Of a stretch of DNA of 64,000 nt, positions 46,414-56,405 are shown piece by piece. Each line of letters opens with the position of its first letter. Within the stretch, counting starts at the first letter, position 1. Under the pieces are notes generated by a model, which saw only the letters and a program-made list of their open reading frames with translations, ran no database searches and was not told the origin of the DNA. The translations under genes and the position numbers were made by a program. The DNA lies in the IMG/VR virus record IMGVR_UViG_3300043465_002420; one strand, written 5' to 3'. The DNA comes from a virus.

Positions 46414-46672
46414 TCCAATCTATATCATCTTGCATAATTATTGGAGTACCATCACCAAGATATGCTCCCCTTATGTTGAATTCGAAGAATTCTTCGGCTT
46501 CCTCATGGTTCATATCTTTTTCCAAATTAGCTATTATTTTAGAATAGCTATAAACGATCTTTATGCTGTTAAAGCATGTTGAGATACCCATAATGGCATT
46601 GTCGTGTCCATCGAGCAATAAAGCCCCTTCAATGCCATTTTCTTCACAGTAGTTGTCAATCATTTTTCTCAT
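46400..46672 (-). CDS. conserved phage hypothetical protein
   Basis: LLDGHDNAIMG...EAEEFFEFNIRGAYLGDGTP; start MRKMID. Confidence 0.7.
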   Translation of the reverse strand: MRKMIDNYCEENGIEGALLLDGHDNAIMGISTCFNSIKIVYSYSKIIANLEKDMNHEEAEEFFEFNIRGAYLGDGTPIIMQDDIDWNEYV

Positions 46673-46716
46673 GATGTTACATTTAATCTTTTTCAAAATT
46701 AAATGCAATATCAGAT

Positions 46717-49494
46717 TTAATCTTTTCTGATAACCAAATTCCAAATCCCCGCTTTCTTAAACATTTTTATTGTGGACTCGTATGGCGACCTACCCTCTTT
46801 GATTTTGTGTCTTAGTCCGCTAACACACACTCCCAATGGAGAACTGGTTGATGGTATGTGTCCATGTTTTTTATGATACACGCAAATTTTTTCAGCCGCT
46901 TTGTTCTCTCTGATTTCGTAAGTGTTGATACAACTTATTTCCTCCCATATCCCCGCTTTCTTTAGAATTTTAACTGTGGATTTTTCTGGTGATCCACCCT
47001 TTTTAATTTTAGATCTTAATGATCCGATCCATTTTCCCAATTTTAATTTAGTTGATGGCATGTGTCCATGTTTTTTATAATAAACACAAATCTCTTCAGC
47101 TATTTGATTCTCTTTAATTTCATGAATGTTAAGACAAATAACCTCTTCCAAAATACCAGCCTTCTTTAGAATTTTTACTGTGGATTCGTATGGCGACCTG
47201 CCATCTCTGATTTTTTTTCTTAAGCCACTAATCCATCCTCCCAACTTAGAACTGGTTAATGGGATGTGTCCATGTTTTTTATGATAAGCACAAATCTTTT
47301 CGGCCATTTCATTCTCCCTAATTTCATGCATATTAATGCAAGTGACTTCTTCCAAAATCCCATCATTCTTTAGAATTTCAACTGTGGATTCATATGGTGA
47401 TCCACCTTTTTTTATTTTAAATCTTAATCCACCGATCCATTTTCCCAATTTTAATTTAAATAATGGGAGGTGTCCATGTTTTCTATAATATAAACAAACT
47501 TGTTGAGCCATTTCATTCTCCCTAATTTCATGAATGTTCAAAGAACTGACCTCTTTCCAAATTCCAGCTTTATTAAACATTTTTACTGTAGATTCGTATG
47601 GTGATACGCCTTCTCTAATTTTTTTTCTTATGTATGAAATACACCTGCCAATTTTAGAACCAACAGATGGAATGATTCCATGTTTTTTATAATAATCGCA
47701 AATTTCTTCGGCCATTTTATTTTCTTCTGTCTCCCCGCTATTCATTCTTTCTCGTAGCAATTTTAAAGAATCTTTGTCCACTAAAGAGCTAATGTAGTGC
47801 TGTACAAAACCAGATGGGTTTTTACATTTTTCAATCATATCCCAATCAATATTTGAAACATTTTCATTCTTCATCTTCAACGACCTCCTTGAGAGAATCG
47901 AAAATATCTCACACGAAATTTCTTCGATTTCACCTTTTGTAATTTTGTTTGCACCAAAAAATTCAACAACACACTTTTTAATTTTTCCAATGACATTTAC
48001 AGAATCGTCTTTAGCATCATATTTTGAAAAAATGTATTTAAAAACATTGTTCAAAAGAGATATTTTTCTATTTTCATCTAACTTGCTTAAGGCAGATTCA
48101 ACTTTGTCATTTCTTTCTTTTCGATCAACACTTAATGGTGAATCTTTAATTTCCGAAACTGGATTCATCGCATTTTCCATTAACATGTTGACTGCAATTA
48201 ACTTAAAATAAGTATTAAGTTTATTTTCCATTTCGTCATCTAACATAAGAGGCATGATGTGCATAATCTTTGCAGTCGGCTTGCCTTGCTTGTCTCTGAT
48301 TACACGACCAACCATTTGAATCAAATCAGTAACAGATTCTTTAATGCCTGTTATTATCATGCCATTTGCAAATTCCCAATCACAACCTTCCTTGAACATG
48401 TTCAATGAAATGATGCAATCAAGAGCATTTTTATCGTTGTTTATATTAACACCACCAATGACACCAGAAAAATAATCTTTTCTTAAGTGTCTATTTTCTT
48501 CGCTTACAAGATCTAGTATTTTGTATTTTTCTCCTTTTTCATTTATCAATTCTATGATCCCATAATCATTAGTTTTTATTTTTTTTGCACCAAATTTCTT
48601 AGCAAGCATTTTCACAATACTTCGTACTTCGTTTTTCTTGCAATCAGTTTTCATTTTGTTCATTCTGTTGGGAATGTAAATTATGATTTTTTTATGATCA
48701 GAAGAAAAAAGAGAGTCAATGCAATTTCTTACTGAAGACAGATAGCTTGTTGTTTTGGCTGTATTAGATCCAAAAACAAAATCATAAGAAAAGTTTTTAA
48801 AATGTTTCATTTGATTTATCCACACATCGAGCGGGAGACTATATTTTGAAAATTTAGATGCTAGTTCAGCAGATATAATCTGTTGCTTGTCGCCACGGAA
48901 AAAAGTTGCGGTAACTAAAACAATGTCATTTTTATGACTGAGTTTTTCGACAACTTCTCCAATTCTATTCGAACTATGCTGCACATGGTGTGCTTCATCT
49001 ACCACAAGAACTAAATTATTCCAAATCTTTTCATTTCTGAATTTTTCCCAACATAAAACCAATGTCTGACGGCAACAGATGATTACTCTTTCGTTAATGC
49101 CATTGATTTCTTTGGAACTCAAAAACGACAGAAGCTCTCCAATAGTTCTGATGCCTTTTTTGTTACATAGATTAGTTTTTGGATTCCAATCTATTTTAGT
49201 TCCATCAGTCAATTGGACTTTAATATTTTTGCCAAAGCTCGATGCGATAAGAGTTTCTGGAACACAAATAATCACTTTCTTGTTACTGTTTGCAGCCTTT
49301 TTCCAAGCGAGGCTGGCGATGACAATACTCTTACCAGACCCAGTGGGAGCATTTATAACAGCCAATTGTTCGTTTTGAAGCTGTTTTCGGCAATCTACCT
49401 GCCAATTTCTTTCTTTGACATATTCATCGTTATTTTCGATGATTGTAGAGTGATTCAAAGACTTCCAATTAAATCCATCAATCTTATTAGACAT
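46717..49494 (-). CDS. SF2 DEAD/DEAH-box helicase with C-terminal helicase-associated repeats
   Basis: APTGSGKS, DEAHH, TAT, QMVGRVIR; five ~65-aa repeats YKKHG.P...LG.WI...PYEST. Confidence 0.85.
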   Translation of the reverse strand: MSNKIDGFNWKSLNHSTIIENNDEYVKERNWQVDCRKQLQNEQLAVINAPTGSGKSIVIASLAWKKAANSNKKVIICVPETLIASSFGKNIKVQLTDGTKIDWNPKTNLCNKKGIRTIGELLSFLSSKEINGINERVIICCRQTLVLCWEKFRNEKIWNNLVLVVDEAHHVQHSSNRIGEVVEKLSHKNDIVLVTATFFRGDKQQIISAELASKFSKYSLPLDVWINQMKHFKNFSYDFVFGSNTAKTTSYLSSVRNCIDSLFSSDHKKIIIYIPNRMNKMKTDCKKNEVRSIVKMLAKKFGAKKIKTNDYGIIELINEKGEKYKILDLVSEENRHLRKDYFSGVIGGVNINNDKNALDCIISLNMFKEGCDWEFANGMIITGIKESVTDLIQMVGRVIRDKQGKPTAKIMHIMPLMLDDEMENKLNTYFKLIAVNMLMENAMNPVSEIKDSPLSVDRKERNDKVESALSKLDENRKISLLNNVFKYIFSKYDAKDDSVNVIGKIKKCVVEFFGANKITKGEIEEISCEIFSILSRRSLKMKNENVSNIDWDMIEKCKNPSGFVQHYISSLVDKDSLKLLRERMNSGETEENKMAEEICDYYKKHGIIPSVGSKIGRCISYIRKKIREGVSPYESTVKMFNKAGIWKEVSSLNIHEIRENEMAQQVCLYYRKHGHLPLFKLKLGKWIGGLRFKIKKGGSPYESTVEILKNDGILEEVTCINMHEIRENEMAEKICAYHKKHGHIPLTSSKLGGWISGLRKKIRDGRSPYESTVKILKKAGILEEVICLNIHEIKENQIAEEICVYYKKHGHMPSTKLKLGKWIGSLRSKIKKGGSPEKSTVKILKKAGIWEEISCINTYEIRENKAAEKICVYHKKHGHIPSTSSPLGVCVSGLRHKIKEGRSPYESTIKMFKKAGIWNLVIRKD

Positions 49495-49539
49495 TCTTTG
49501 CCCTTTCGAAAAACATTATGATTGTAAACCTATATGTCT

Positions 49540-49565
49540 TTCGTCACATCCATATTAATATTTCA
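49540..49565 (-). promoter_or_regulatory. ECF-type promoter TGAAAT-N16-CGAA (copy 2), upstream of the helicase
   Basis: Exact motif and spacing. Confidence 0.6.
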
Positions 49566-49600
49566 CAAAATTATCCAAAAAAACAAAAATAAAACAAAAA

Positions 49601-49624
49601 ACCACGATTTTTAAAAATCGTGGT
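49601..49624 (-). terminator. 24-bp perfect palindrome followed by a T-tract on the minus strand (intrinsic terminator)
   Basis: ACCACGATTTTT-AAAAATCGTGGT, downstream of 49659-50153. Confidence 0.7.
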
Positions 49625-49658
49625 AATGAAATATACTTAAAAAAAAGGCAAAGTAAAG

Positions 49659-50153
49659 TTAGTTGTAAGAATAAGTTCCAGTAAAAAAGCTTCTATGGAA
49701 TTTATTTAGATGGTAGTCAATATCTTTTAGCAACAATGTAATTTTTTTCCTGACTTCGACCACATCTTCTTCTTTATCGACATTAATTTGTGAAATATCA
49801 TAAATTTTATTGAATAAATCTTTAAAAATGAATTCTTCTTGCATGTTTTTTCTTTTTTTCTTCAATAATTTAAAAACATTCATTGCAATTTTATACAACT
49901 TGTCCATAAATTTATTTTTATCTGTATTGGATGAACTACTCATATCATCGAATGAATCTACCGCATCCTGTACTTTGCGACTTAAATCAGATAGTTCTTT
50001 TTTGGTATCTTCGCTTGATACCAAATCGCTCTGATCAATAATACCATCTTCATTTTCATCTGACACTTGTTTTAGGTCTGGATGGTACATCAAACCAGAC
50101 GATTCCAAATAAACATATTCTTTATAAAGCTTATAAAACCTATAATCAATCAT
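49659..50153 (-). CDS. hypothetical protein with EF-hand-like loop
   Basis: DENEDGIIDQSD; AAGGA SD. Confidence 0.6.
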   Translation of the reverse strand: MIDYRFYKLYKEYVYLESSGLMYHPDLKQVSDENEDGIIDQSDLVSSEDTKKELSDLSRKVQDAVDSFDDMSSSSNTDKNKFMDKLYKIAMNVFKLLKKKRKNMQEEFIFKDLFNKIYDISQINVDKEEDVVEVRKKITLLLKDIDYHLNKFHRSFFTGTYSYN

Positions 50154-50217
50154 ATTATTCCTTAATCTACATCAAAAAAACATATGCTTTATATATGTTT
50201 TTTTATAACTAATAAGT

Positions 50218-50532
50218 ATGACAAAAAGAAAAAACATTGCATTTTGGTTTTTATTTACAATGATATTATCAATAAGTGCATTAGATCTGTATCTTATAAT
50301 AAGATTTCAAAATGTGCTTATACATGAAGAAAAGAACATAGTAGGCATTTGGCTAATAAGGCTAGATTCTGGGTCGGTTGCTTTATTTTCAGCGGTAAAA
50401 ATGTTTGGAACATGTTTAAGTTTAATGATTTGGAAAAAAATATTGATAAGCAATCAAAAATATGGATTTACGATTGGAATTAGTATTTTGGCATTTCAGA
50501 TATTTTTATTTTGTTGGCTACTATTCTTTTAA
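50218..50532 (+). CDS. small membrane protein
   Basis: Three hydrophobic segments. Confidence 0.6.
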   Translation: MTKRKNIAFWFLFTMILSISALDLYLIIRFQNVLIHEEKNIVGIWLIRLDSGSVALFSAVKMFGTCLSLMIWKKILISNQKYGFTIGISILAFQIFLFCWLLFF

Positions 50533-50855
50533 TGGCTGTGAAAACCTTTTAACAGAATAAATCCCAAGATGATAAAAATCAATCCAAACATTTGAAAATA
50601 GTTGAATGAGAATTTAAAAATCATTAAGGGAATGCAATATCCAATTACCAAAATCATAAAATCCCAATATATGCTATTAATGAGAATTTTTTCTTTATCA
50701 TCTAAAGATTTAACAAGCGTAAACCAAATTACACTTCCACAAGTGTTTAAAAGAATTGAAACAATGAAAAACCAATGGCTTTTTCTGGTTGAATCAAAAA
50801 AAGTCAAAAACATTACCAGCGTGTAAAAAATACCAGCAAAAATGTAATGCCACAT
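50529..50855 (-). CDS. small 4-TM membrane protein (SMR/DMT-like)
   Basis: Four hydrophobic segments; C-terminal GLIFIILG. Confidence 0.55.
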   Translation of the reverse strand: MWHYIFAGIFYTLVMFLTFFDSTRKSHWFFIVSILLNTCGSVIWFTLVKSLDDKEKILINSIYWDFMILVIGYCIPLMIFKFSFNYFQMFGLIFIILGFILLKGFHSH

Positions 50856-50874
50856 GACTTATATATGGTTCAAA

Positions 50875-51945
50875 TCATGTGTTAATATCCATTTTATTTT
50901 TAGATTCTTCTAAGCTAAATCCAAGTTGTTTGAATTCTTTCAATCTAAGAATTTGATCCAAATTTAAGTTACCAGCGGATTCAGCCCAGTCTTCAATTAA
51001 TTTAGTTTTTAATTCCAAATCTGGGTTTGAGAAACATTTAACATATTTAAATCTGCTAGGCCTACTTCTTAAAGCCTCGTCTATTTTTTCAATGTTATTT
51101 GCAGTCAATATAAAAACAACTTTTTCATAAGAGTTATAAACACCATCTAAACAATTAAGTATTACATCAAATGTAAACTTGATTCCCATATTGTTACTTC
51201 CGTTATTGCCTTCTCCTATGATGCACTTTCTGCCATCAAAGTAATTATCAAAATCTTCCAAAAGAACAATCGTACCTGATGATATCTGAGAAAACATGAA
51301 CATGATGTCTATATTCGTAAATTCGGGAACGAATGTGATAATTGTTATTGGCAAATTATGTTTAACCGCAAGGTATTTTACATAAGAAGTTTTTCCATTA
51401 CCTGGTTCACCATACAAAATAGCTCCTGTTTTAGAGTTGTTCAACAATATATTTCCTATCTCATCATCAAAGTCTTTCCATAAACTTTCTGGGAATATAG
51501 GATTATTGGCGTATTTAATAGCTCCAATTTTATCTGTGTTCCATGGAGTTGCTATTCTAACTGGTACACCAAACAAATTAATTTGCAATTCCTTGAGACT
51601 AACTTCTAAAAAAGTTTTTATATTTTTGTAATTCCAGCGAGTACACATTATAGAAGTAACTAAGTCCTTGCCTTGAAATCCAGCTTGAAGCAATCTCTCG
51701 TAATGACTAATGTAAAACCATGGGAAATTTTTATTGAAACAAAAAGCCCTGTAAACTACCGGATGTCTTATCTCGGTAAAAAACTCTTCATCAATTATAA
51801 ATTTTTTTTCATCTTTGCAAATGTCATAAAGAGTTCTGAATGTGTTATTGTCGATTCTTATTTCTACTAAAATCAAATATCTAATTACTGCCCATATACC
51901 AACAGCAATTCCACTCAATGCCAATATCGGTGTCATCCAGTTCAT
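50875..51945 (-). CDS. membrane-anchored BCS1-like AAA+ ATPase
   Basis: N-terminal TM; GEPGNGKT; LLEDFD; LNCLDG; ALRSRPSRF. Confidence 0.8.
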   Translation of the reverse strand: MNWMTPILALSGIAVGIWAVIRYLILVEIRIDNNTFRTLYDICKDEKKFIIDEEFFTEIRHPVVYRAFCFNKNFPWFYISHYERLLQAGFQGKDLVTSIMCTRWNYKNIKTFLEVSLKELQINLFGVPVRIATPWNTDKIGAIKYANNPIFPESLWKDFDDEIGNILLNNSKTGAILYGEPGNGKTSYVKYLAVKHNLPITIITFVPEFTNIDIMFMFSQISSGTIVLLEDFDNYFDGRKCIIGEGNNGSNNMGIKFTFDVILNCLDGVYNSYEKVVFILTANNIEKIDEALRSRPSRFKYVKCFSNPDLELKTKLIEDWAESAGNLNLDQILRLKEFKQLGFSLEESKNKMDINT

Positions 51946-51947
51946 AT

Positions 51948-52370
51948 TTATTTCCTCAAATCTAATCGAAAATTTAACTCATGTTGGAAAAAACCTAGAT
52001 TTTTATAAAATCCAATATTTTTTTGATCGGTAGAAAGAACTAATTTATAGCAAGTCTCTCGTTTGGCTTGAAGAATAACATAATCTAATAAAATTTTTCC
52101 AATTCCTTTTCTTTGAAAGTCTTCGGCCACGCAAACATCTTCAATGTGACCACACTTTTCTTTATAACGAAATTTAGATTCTAACAACAAACTGGCTGTA
52201 GCTACAATCCTATTATCGCATTCAACAACAAAAGTTTTAATTCCACATTTGCTTCTATGTTTTAAAATTTGAGAAATATCACTAGATTCAGAATATATTT
52301 CTCCCAAAACCTTAAGGCAATCCATGAATCCTTTGTTTAAATCTGATTTTCTAAATAATCTAATTTCCAA
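51948..52370 (-). CDS. GNAT, glucosamine-6-phosphate N-acetyltransferase (GNA1-like)
   Basis: ATASLLLESKF...GHIEDVCV...QRKGIGK...CYKLVL. Confidence 0.8.
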   Translation of the reverse strand: MEIRLFRKSDLNKGFMDCLKVLGEIYSESSDISQILKHRSKCGIKTFVVECDNRIVATASLLLESKFRYKEKCGHIEDVCVAEDFQRKGIGKILLDYVILQAKRETCYKLVLSTDQKNIGFYKNLGFFQHELNFRLDLRK

Positions 52371-52458
52371 TTTAAAAATCTCCTCTTGATCAAATCAAAA
52401 TAATCATGCATATTGTACAGAAATAAATGAGTCACTGTCAAACTGATAATGGACTGCG

Positions 52459-53496
52459 ATGAAATACATAACACACATAGGTCGCAAATTTTTAAGGAAT
52501 GGTGGTGCTGAAATCCTTTTAAGAAGCATTTCATCACATGAGATGTTTCAAGGCGATTTGCAATTCAGACAAAGTTTATGCATCGATAGAAATTTTTATG
52601 ATAAAGAATTTTGCGAAACATTTCCTCATCCTGTATATCTTGGTGGAAAAAACGAAATAACTAAAGCAATTGAAAATGAAGATATAATTTTATTTTGGGG
52701 AGACATCCAATTAAATAATCTAGATATTCCAAAACCAAAAGTTTGCATATTGTTCGTGTGCAGCGAAGAGCCTAATATAGTTTCCAATAATTCAAGCTAT
52801 ATTACACATTGCATTGCGACATCAAAGAGAACGGCACTTAATTCGTGTGGCAATATACCATATACAGTAATTTACCCTGGATTTGATGAAATAAGACTAA
52901 CGCCAACAGAAACTAGAGATTCGCAAAGAAAAAAAATGGGTCTTGGCGATGATGATTTTTTAGTTGGTATGATTTCAAGAATTGGAGAAAACAAAAGACA
53001 ATTTTGGCTTATGGAGGCAATTCAAAAAATAAATTCAGAAAAAATAAAAGCAGTTTTTGTTGGTGGAGGAAAAGATTTAAAAAAACTTAAAAATATGAAT
53101 GTAAGAAATTGTTTGTTTGTCGGTCATCAAGATGATGTTGCAAATTGGTATCTGGCCATGGATGCTTTTTGTATATTGTCAAGAAGTGAAGGAGGGCCAA
53201 CAACCTTATTCGAATCATCTTATATGAAAGTTCCGTTGATATATACAGATTGCGGATTTACAAAAGAATTGTGCAATAGTTACAATTCTTTCTTTGTAAG
53301 AGATGTTAAAGATTTAATAGAAGTTATAAAAATCATGCATTCATTAGGAAAAGAAAATTTAAAAAGATATACAAATAATAATTATAGCATATATGAAGAG
53401 TTTGGATCTATAGAAAAATCGGCCAAAAATTGGTACAAAACAATTAAAGATGTAGTGGCAAAAAAAGAAAGGGAAAATTGCAGATTACTTTCATAA
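52459..53496 (+). CDS. GT4 family glycosyltransferase
   Basis: GMISRIGENKRQ, SRSEGGPTTLFE. Confidence 0.8.
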   Translation: MKYITHIGRKFLRNGGAEILLRSISSHEMFQGDLQFRQSLCIDRNFYDKEFCETFPHPVYLGGKNEITKAIENEDIILFWGDIQLNNLDIPKPKVCILFVCSEEPNIVSNNSSYITHCIATSKRTALNSCGNIPYTVIYPGFDEIRLTPTETRDSQRKKMGLGDDDFLVGMISRIGENKRQFWLMEAIQKINSEKIKAVFVGGGKDLKKLKNMNVRNCLFVGHQDDVANWYLAMDAFCILSRSEGGPTTLFESSYMKVPLIYTDCGFTKELCNSYNSFFVRDVKDLIEVIKIMHSLGKENLKRYTNNNYSIYEEFGSIEKSAKNWYKTIKDVVAKKERENCRLLS

Positions 53497-54108
53497 TCCA
53501 ATTCTTTTTATTCTTTTTAAATTTTTAATGTTAGAAGAACTTTTTTCATAATCTTGTTTGATCAGATCCATAAATTTTTCTTTTAAATTTTCTGGTATAG
53601 ACATTAAAATCTTATCAATTAATTTATAATCGATGTAAAAAGTTCCTAACTTTACAAGTCCAAACTCACTAGAAAACCTTTTGTAAAAATCATGATACAT
53701 AATTTTCAAAGATGCAAATTCAGTGCTAAATTCTAAAGCAACAGGATTTTCCTTGTCTATTACAGTCTTTATTGACTTCAAGGCTTCTGAATATACTTTA
53801 TATGGATTCATGCTTTTTCCACTAGGAGAAAGTTCATCTTTAGCACCTTCTAATGTCATAAAAACAACATAGGTTGGTCTTGTTAATTCGTCTTTAAATT
53901 TGTTTTCATATTTGAATAAGTCTGGCATTTTTTGGAATAGAAAGTCTTTGACTCCTCTTGGATGCCTTATAAAATTCATTTTATATTTTTCATTTTCAGA
54001 AGCATAGAAATGGTAGTCGTATTGCCATTTACTTCCTTGCAATGCCACTGGCTTGAAATCTGATAAAACAGACCGCAATTCATTTATATATTGATAAAAC
54101 GATTTCAT
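53491..54108 (-). CDS. capsid-leader protein (paralog of 43545 and 54542)
   Basis: Start MKSFYQYINE at 54108; NPYKVYSEA...ENPVALEF...MYHDFYKRF. Confidence 0.6.
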   Translation of the reverse strand: MKSFYQYINELRSVLSDFKPVALQGSKWQYDYHFYASENEKYKMNFIRHPRGVKDFLFQKMPDLFKYENKFKDELTRPTYVVFMTLEGAKDELSPSGKSMNPYKVYSEALKSIKTVIDKENPVALEFSTEFASLKIMYHDFYKRFSSEFGLVKLGTFYIDYKLIDKILMSIPENLKEKFMDLIKQDYEKSSSNIKNLKRIKRIGL

Positions 54109-54150
54109 GAATGTATATATATTTAACCAAGGCATTCTCAAGAGGTTATA

Positions 54151-54540
54151 ATGAAAAGTATTAATGAATTTAAGGCAAGCGGAAAAATTAAAGACTTAGT
54201 TTATAAATTATTTGAAGCAAGACAAGTCTCTCATACTGCTCATTTACAAACAAAAAGTTATGCCGAACATAAAGCTTTAAATTCTTTTTACAACGACCTA
54301 CTTGATTTAGCAGATACATTCATTGAAACATACCAAGGCCAATATGGAATTATTAGTGGGTATGAAAGCATGAGTATTGAAAAAGAATCAGATATTGTCA
54401 AATACCTTGAAGATTTTGCCAATGTAATCAAATCGAATAGAAAAAACTTAAATGAAGATGACACTCATTTGCATAATATACTTGATGAGATTATGGGTTT
54501 GACTTTTCAAACTATTTACAAATTAAAATTTCTAAAATAA
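54151..54540 (+). CDS. ferritin/Dps-like four-helix protein (DUF5856-like)
   Basis: HTAHLQTKSYAEHKAL..FY..L.DL.D.FIETYQGQYG. Confidence 0.7.
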   Translation: MKSINEFKASGKIKDLVYKLFEARQVSHTAHLQTKSYAEHKALNSFYNDLLDLADTFIETYQGQYGIISGYESMSIEKESDIVKYLEDFANVIKSNRKNLNEDDTHLHNILDEIMGLTFQTIYKLKFLK

Positions 54541-54541
54541 A

Positions 54542-55300
54542 TTATGATATTGAAGATGCTTTATTTTTATGAGACATTTTAAATTTTCTTATTTTAGAAA
54601 CATAAGATTTCTTTTCTAAATCTACATCTTGTATTATTTTAATGAGTTTATCTGGTAAAGATTGATCTATTTTTCTTGAATCTCTTATTATGCTATCAAT
54701 TTTTTCTTTCTTTATATAAAAGTCAGATCCAACAAAAGCGTATTGGGTGTGAAGATAATGTTTGTAAAATCTATCATATATTGATATTAAGCTTGGGTCT
54801 TGATCACTGGGAGATATCCAAAACGCATCAGGATTCTTTTCCTCGATAACCTTTCTGGTTGCAACAATCACATTGGCATATACAAATAATGGATCGCTTT
54901 CTTCAAATTTACCAAATTTTGGAGTAAAATTACTTTTTTCGCTATATAAATCTAATTTGAAAATTGATTTTAGATTATTTAAAAATATATCAATAATTTT
55001 TTTACCTAAATCAGAATTCTTATCGATTGAAAGTTTTGCGAGAAATATCTTAGCAATTTCAGCCGATAATCTTCTGCCGAAATTTTCAAATTGAACTTCA
55101 TAATTGTCAGAATGCTCAATATCATATTCTTTTGATTTAAATTGATATCCAAAACCAGTACCAAAATTAGACAACTTGACAGAATTAAGTGGTGCTTGCA
55201 TCGCTGGATATGTTTTCCCAGTTATGGGATCAGTCCAATTAAACGAAACTTCTTGCAACAAATCTTCAATAAGGTAATTTTTAAAATTCAATTTGAACAT
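54542..55300 (-). CDS. capsid-leader protein (paralog of 43545 and 53491)
   Basis: NFKNYLIE; DPLFVYAN...KNPDAFW...IYDRFYKHY. Confidence 0.6.
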   Translation of the reverse strand: MFKLNFKNYLIEDLLQEVSFNWTDPITGKTYPAMQAPLNSVKLSNFGTGFGYQFKSKEYDIEHSDNYEVQFENFGRRLSAEIAKIFLAKLSIDKNSDLGKKIIDIFLNNLKSIFKLDLYSEKSNFTPKFGKFEESDPLFVYANVIVATRKVIEEKNPDAFWISPSDQDPSLISIYDRFYKHYLHTQYAFVGSDFYIKKEKIDSIIRDSRKIDQSLPDKLIKIIQDVDLEKKSYVSKIRKFKMSHKNKASSIS

Positions 55301-55303
55301 ACA

Positions 55304-55828
55304 TTATTTATCTAATATTTTGTATTTTTCTTGCAAATAAGCAAGCAATTCTTTTTGTTCTTCATCCAAAGTCTTATTTTTGTCGAAAAGTATTTCATAT
55401 CTTTTCTGCATTTCTTGGAATGTTTCTCTTTTTTTCTTAATTGGAAATTCAGTTTTATAGTATTGGATATCATCTGCTATATCAATGGAATCTAAAAAGG
55501 CACTATAATCTACGGCAAAACCTATTCTTTTTTCAGAATATTTAAGAACTTTCATATCAACATTTTTAGTTGGTATCTTTCTAATTTCTGCAATAGTGTA
55601 TTTAATTTCATTAGTTGCAATTGATGGTTTTGAATTTGTCTTTTTATTGAATTCATGGATCAAATCATTGAATTTAATCCAATAATTTTTAGTTGAAACC
55701 TCAACAGCAATAGGGTTTTCAATTTTATCTTGCGACAACAATAGAAATATAACTGAAAATAAAGAACACATAATAATTCTCCTTGAGTTTGTTTTCATAA
55801 GAATAATTTGATTTGTTTCATTTGTCAA
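55304..55828 (-). CDS. membrane-anchored hypothetical protein
   Basis: N-terminal hydrophobic segment. Confidence 0.55.
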   Translation of the reverse strand: MTNETNQIILMKTNSRRIIMCSLFSVIFLLLSQDKIENPIAVEVSTKNYWIKFNDLIHEFNKKTNSKPSIATNEIKYTIAEIRKIPTKNVDMKVLKYSEKRIGFAVDYSAFLDSIDIADDIQYYKTEFPIKKKRETFQEMQKRYEILFDKNKTLDEEQKELLAYLQEKYKILDK

Positions 55829-55886
55829 TCGATCTTGCTTTAATATTAGAAATGATTTAAAATCTCTTCATTCAAAGGAGAAAATT

Positions 55887-56405
55887 ATGAATGAACTTGA
55901 AAATCCAGTGGCATTAGGAGTCACAATAACTCTTGATCCAACCGAACAGTTAATCTGCAAGGCTATCGCCAAAAAAAGATATCAAAATTCAAGAAGTATG
56001 AATGTCAAAAACTCTAAAATTGGCGATCAATCTAATGAGCAGACTGATCTTGAAGGAGTTTCATCTGAATTGGCGTTTTGTAAGATGTTCAATGTATATC
56101 CCGATCTAACTGCACAAGTAAAATCTTCAATAGATGGTACAGATCAAGGCGATGCTGTGCTGCGTGATGGAAGAACTGTCGATGTAAAAAGCACAAGATA
56201 TTTAACAGGAAGACTACTTGCTGTGAGATGGAAGAAACAAAATGTCGATTTGTTCGCTTTGATGATAGGAACTTTCCCAACATATACATTTAAAGGATTT
56301 ATGAAAAGTGAAGAGCTTTTAAAAGAAGAAAGAATGGGTAATTTAGGTCACGGAAATAGCTACATAGCACAACAGCATGAACTTAAAGATCTTGAAAATA
56401 TTTAA
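55887..56405 (+). CDS. hypothetical protein, PD-(D/E)XK-like
   Basis: AAAGGAG SD; GVSSELAF...GDAVL...VDVKST. Confidence 0.55.
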   Translation: MNELENPVALGVTITLDPTEQLICKAIAKKRYQNSRSMNVKNSKIGDQSNEQTDLEGVSSELAFCKMFNVYPDLTAQVKSSIDGTDQGDAVLRDGRTVDVKSTRYLTGRLLAVRWKKQNVDLFALMIGTFPTYTFKGFMKSEELLKEERMGNLGHGNSYIAQQHELKDLENI

